From an uncultured Candidatus Peribacteria bacterium (GTDB lineage: Bacteria; Patescibacteriota; Gracilibacteria; UBA1369): DNA of 64,000 nucleotides. Below are positions 61,487 to 64,000 of this stretch, one piece after another. A program made the position numbers and the translations under genes. Where the stretch lies: contig CAZGSD010000002.1 in assembly GCA_964528305.1 (NCBI GenBank), positions 93,409 to 157,408 of the forward strand. Direction: 5' to 3'. Under the pieces are notes generated by a model, which worked only from the letters and a program-made list of their open reading frames with translations, did no database searches and was not told the origin of the DNA. Within the stretch, counting starts at the first letter, position 1. Each line of letters begins with the position of its first letter.

Positions 61487-62692
61487 ATGAAAGTTAATAA
61501 AGAGCTGATTCACCACATTTTACATCACAATGTATCCGAAGTAATTGACCGTGAAGAGCTGGAAAAAAAACTGCTCTCTGGTAAAAAACTCCGCGTCAAA
61601 TTCGGTATTGATCCCACAGGCGCATTTCTGACCCTGGGACACGCCATAGTACTTCATAAATTAAAAGAGTTTCAAAATGCCGGTCATGATATCTATCTAC
61701 TTTTCGGTAATTTCACAGCTCAAATAGGGGATCCAACAGGCAAATCAGAAACACGCAAACCACTCACGCGTGAACAAGTAGAAAAAAACGCCAATACCTA
61801 CTTGGAACAAGTTGGAAAAATACTCGATCTCAAAAAAATCAAAACCGTCTGGAATGCCGACTGGTTTGAAAAATTCAATTTTCAGGACGTATTACAACTG
61901 GCCGGACAATTCACCGTGGCCCAAATGCTGGAACGTGATATGTTTCAAGAACGCATTAAAAAAGACCAACCAATTGGATTACATGAATTTCTATATCCAT
62001 TGATGCAGGGCTATGATTCAGTTGAATTAAAAGCTGATCTGGAATTGGGTGGCAATGATCAAATGTTCAATATGATGGCCGCCAGACCACTGCAAAAAGC
62101 CGCCAGCCAAACCCCACAAGCCGTCATGACTATGAAAATTTTGGTGGGCACCGACGGAGTCAAAAAAATGGGCAAAAGCGAAAACAATTTCATTGCTCTA
62201 CATGATGCTCCCCGCGACATGTTCGGCAAAATCATGTCTATTCCTGATCATTTAATGCCAACCTATTTCGAAATGTGCAGCCATCTGGAGGACAGGGAAT
62301 TAGCTGAAATTCAAAAACGCTTAGCCGGCTCCGAAAACCCTCGCAATCTCAAAATCGAATTAGCCACTGCCATCACCAGCCTCTACCACGGCCCCCAAGC
62401 CGCCGACCAGGCCGCTATGGAATTTAATAGGGTCTTTAGCCAAGGAGGAACACCAGATGAATTACAAACAATTACTCTCTCAGAGAAAAATCCACCACTA
62501 TTAGACCTATTAATCCATCATCAACTTATCCCTTCTAAAGGCGAAGGAAAAAGATTAATGGATGGGGGAGGACTCAAAGTCAATCAACAAAAAATTAGTG
62601 ATTACAACTTCACACTATCCTCTCATGAAGAATATTTAGTTCAAATCGGTAAACGTAAATTTGTTAAATTTATTCCTCACTCGTTACCTTGA
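61487..62692 (+). CDS. tyrS: tyrosine--tRNA ligase
   Basis: GIDPTGAFLTLGHAIVL (HIGH region), GDPTGKSETR, KMGKSENN (KMSKS) and the C-terminal S4-like GEGKRLMDGGGLKVN. Confidence 0.9.
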   Translation: MKVNKELIHHILHHNVSEVIDREELEKKLLSGKKLRVKFGIDPTGAFLTLGHAIVLHKLKEFQNAGHDIYLLFGNFTAQIGDPTGKSETRKPLTREQVEKNANTYLEQVGKILDLKKIKTVWNADWFEKFNFQDVLQLAGQFTVAQMLERDMFQERIKKDQPIGLHEFLYPLMQGYDSVELKADLELGGNDQMFNMMAARPLQKAASQTPQAVMTMKILVGTDGVKKMGKSENNFIALHDAPRDMFGKIMSIPDHLMPTYFEMCSHLEDRELAEIQKRLAGSENPRNLKIELATAITSLYHGPQAADQAAMEFNRVFSQGGTPDELQTITLSEKNPPLLDLLIHHQLIPSKGEGKRLMDGGGLKVNQQKISDYNFTLSSHEEYLVQIGKRKFVKFIPHSLP

Positions 62693-63234
62693 ATATCAAA
62701 GAGTTAAAAAACATACTTTCCCTGCAAACACTGCAGAAGATCCAGGATAATTATTCTACCGCCCTGGGCATTCCGGTATCAGTTCGTAATTCACATGGAG
62801 AAGCGTTAACCAAACCAAGTAACCCCAGCAAACTTTGGAATTATATTCACAAAAACTCAGCCGCTGAAGACAATCTAATCAAAATACTTCAAGAAGCTAT
62901 TGAAAAATGCAATCGCACCAGCCAGATAGTCATTTTCGAACGACATCCCGATACGAATGCTTTCTTAGCCCCCATGATGGCTAACGGGAAACCAATAGCC
63001 TATTTCGTCGGAGGACTAGTACGCTTTGGCAATCCCAATATGAATATAGCAGAAACCCAAGCCAAATTACTGCATTTAGATATCGACACCTATCTGGACG
63101 CTTATTTACATTTACCATTATTCACCAAAACACGTCTGGAAGCAGCAGCCAATCTTATCAAAACCATCGGCAGTACTATCACCAGCTGTGAAGAAATCAA
63201 AAGCAGTCAGCGTGAATCTCGCCGCAGCAAATAG
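62689..63234 (+). CDS. small protein with a PocR-like sensory domain (tentative), TTG start overlapping the tyrS stop
   Basis: LQKIQDNYSTALGIPVSVRNSHGEALTKPSN resembles the start of PocR ligand-binding domains. No output domain is present. Confidence 0.4.
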   Translation: MNIKELKNILSLQTLQKIQDNYSTALGIPVSVRNSHGEALTKPSNPSKLWNYIHKNSAAEDNLIKILQEAIEKCNRTSQIVIFERHPDTNAFLAPMMANGKPIAYFVGGLVRFGNPNMNIAETQAKLLHLDIDTYLDAYLHLPLFTKTRLEAAANLIKTIGSTITSCEEIKSSQRESRRSK

Positions 63235-63247
63235 CCCTCAATTCAGC

Positions 63248-64000
63248 ATGGATCAGCGCACGCCTCTCAGTAAAATACTCAAAACCACCAAAATCTATCT
63301 ACAAAGATTGGAGAGATTAGAAGTGAAAACAGTAGGGGATTTGCTTAACTATTTCCCACGCACCTATAGTGACCAAAGTAATTTCAGCAAAATCATTGAT
63401 ATACGCACCGATCAAATCAATATTATCCGTGGCAGCTTAAGCCAACTCAGTGAAATACGCACCAAATTTGGCAAAAAATTAATCAAAGCCAAGCTAACTG
63501 ACAATACAGGGTCAGTTGATATCATTTGGTTTAATCAACCTTTTATCACCAGGCTGCTACATAACGGCCAACAAATTATTTTAGCCGGAAAAGCTAAATT
63601 CGAATTAGGCAAAGTAACACTGATCAGCCCTGATTTTGAAGCGGTACAACCTCAACAATTACACACTGCCAGATTAGTTCCCATCTATCACGAAACCGAA
63701 GGCCTCTCTTCCAAATGGCTAAGAGAAAAAATCCATCCACTACTGAAATACACCTCCACACTTTTTACAGAATATCTACCAGCAGAAATCATTACCAAAC
63801 ATCAATTAATAGCTCTAGATCAAGCCATCCGGGAAATACATTTCCCCAGCAATCAAGCCAATTTGGATCAGGCCAAAAAAAGACTGGCTTTCGATGAATT
63901 ATTCCTTTTACAACTACAAACATTACAAAAAAAATGGCAATGGCAAAATAATCAACAAGGCAGACCACATCGCATGATTCGCCATCCTAAACTGGCCTCC
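63248..64000 (+). CDS. recG: ATP-dependent DNA helicase RecG, N-terminal part (continues beyond window)
   Basis: The open frame runs from ATG 63248 to the window end. LQRLERLEVKTVGDLLNYFPRTYSD and the OB/wedge region (DNTGSVDIIWFNQPF) are typical of the RecG N-terminus. Confidence 0.75.
   Translation, partial: MDQRTPLSKILKTTKIYLQRLERLEVKTVGDLLNYFPRTYSDQSNFSKIIDIRTDQINIIRGSLSQLSEIRTKFGKKLIKAKLTDNTGSVDIIWFNQPFITRLLHNGQQIILAGKAKFELGKVTLISPDFEAVQPQQLHTARLVPIYHETEGLSSKWLREKIHPLLKYTSTLFTEYLPAEIITKHQLIALDQAIREIHFPSNQANLDQAKKRLAFDELFLLQLQTLQKKWQWQNNQQGRPHRMIRHPKLAS

Noticed and set aside
1-64000. Alternative genetic code (UGA recoding, as in some candidate phyla).
   Set aside because: Long conserved genes (dnaE, aspS, glyQS, uvrC and others) are uninterrupted under the standard code. 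TGA serves as a genuine stop, for example at 37355-37357 and 19756-19758.
1-64000. CRISPR arrays, prophage, transposons, an integrative element, or a replication origin or terminus.
   Set aside because: I saw no spaced direct repeats, no integrase, transposase, relaxase or phage structural genes, no dnaA or DnaA-box cluster, and no reversal of the C>G bias.

Overview
Dense, mixed-orientation bacterial chromosome segment using the standard genetic code (TGA is used as a stop). I see about 60 protein genes and 5 tRNA genes, all with an encoded CCA end. There is no rRNA, CRISPR array, transposase or integrase. Most genes are housekeeping: ruvB (partial), tsaE, dnaE, aspS, rlmN, glyQS, murC, cysS, queA, rpsB, tsf, der, uvrC, rmuC, tsaC, obg, pth, rplU, rluD, tyrS and recG (partial). 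The less ordinary content, in my order of interest: (1) a 7TM protein translationally coupled to an ATP-grasp ligase fused to a DUF1704/MATCAP-type HExxxH peptidase. (2) Two paralogous orphan VirD4/TraD-like ATPases, each sitting directly behind a class II aminoacyl-tRNA synthetase gene, plus a T4SS-pilin-like small protein elsewhere. (3) Two paralogous proteins that have sigma-70 region 4 and two HARE-HTH domains but no region 2. (4) A divergent stand-alone AlaRS-core paralog next to an archaeal-type CarS plus CDP-alcohol phosphatidyltransferase pair. (5) An RsbU/RsbV/RsbW-type partner-switching set with PrsW, split around rpsB-tsf and with no sigma factor nearby. (6) Cell-envelope genes: M23 peptidase with SLH domains, 3D-domain hydrolase, LCP, GT2, GT4, a Wzz-like protein and a large Ig/FN3 surface protein. 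Window-wide patterns: the + strand has C>G whatever the gene orientation. Shine-Dalgarno motifs are nearly absent. Protein genes carry TGnTAnAAT extended -10 boxes, whereas all five tRNAs carry TTGnnn-17-TAGAAT-type promoters. Several gene ends and gene starts overlap. The gene content looks CPR/Patescibacteria-like to me, but that is inference only. All family assignments come from motif recognition by eye, with no searches run.
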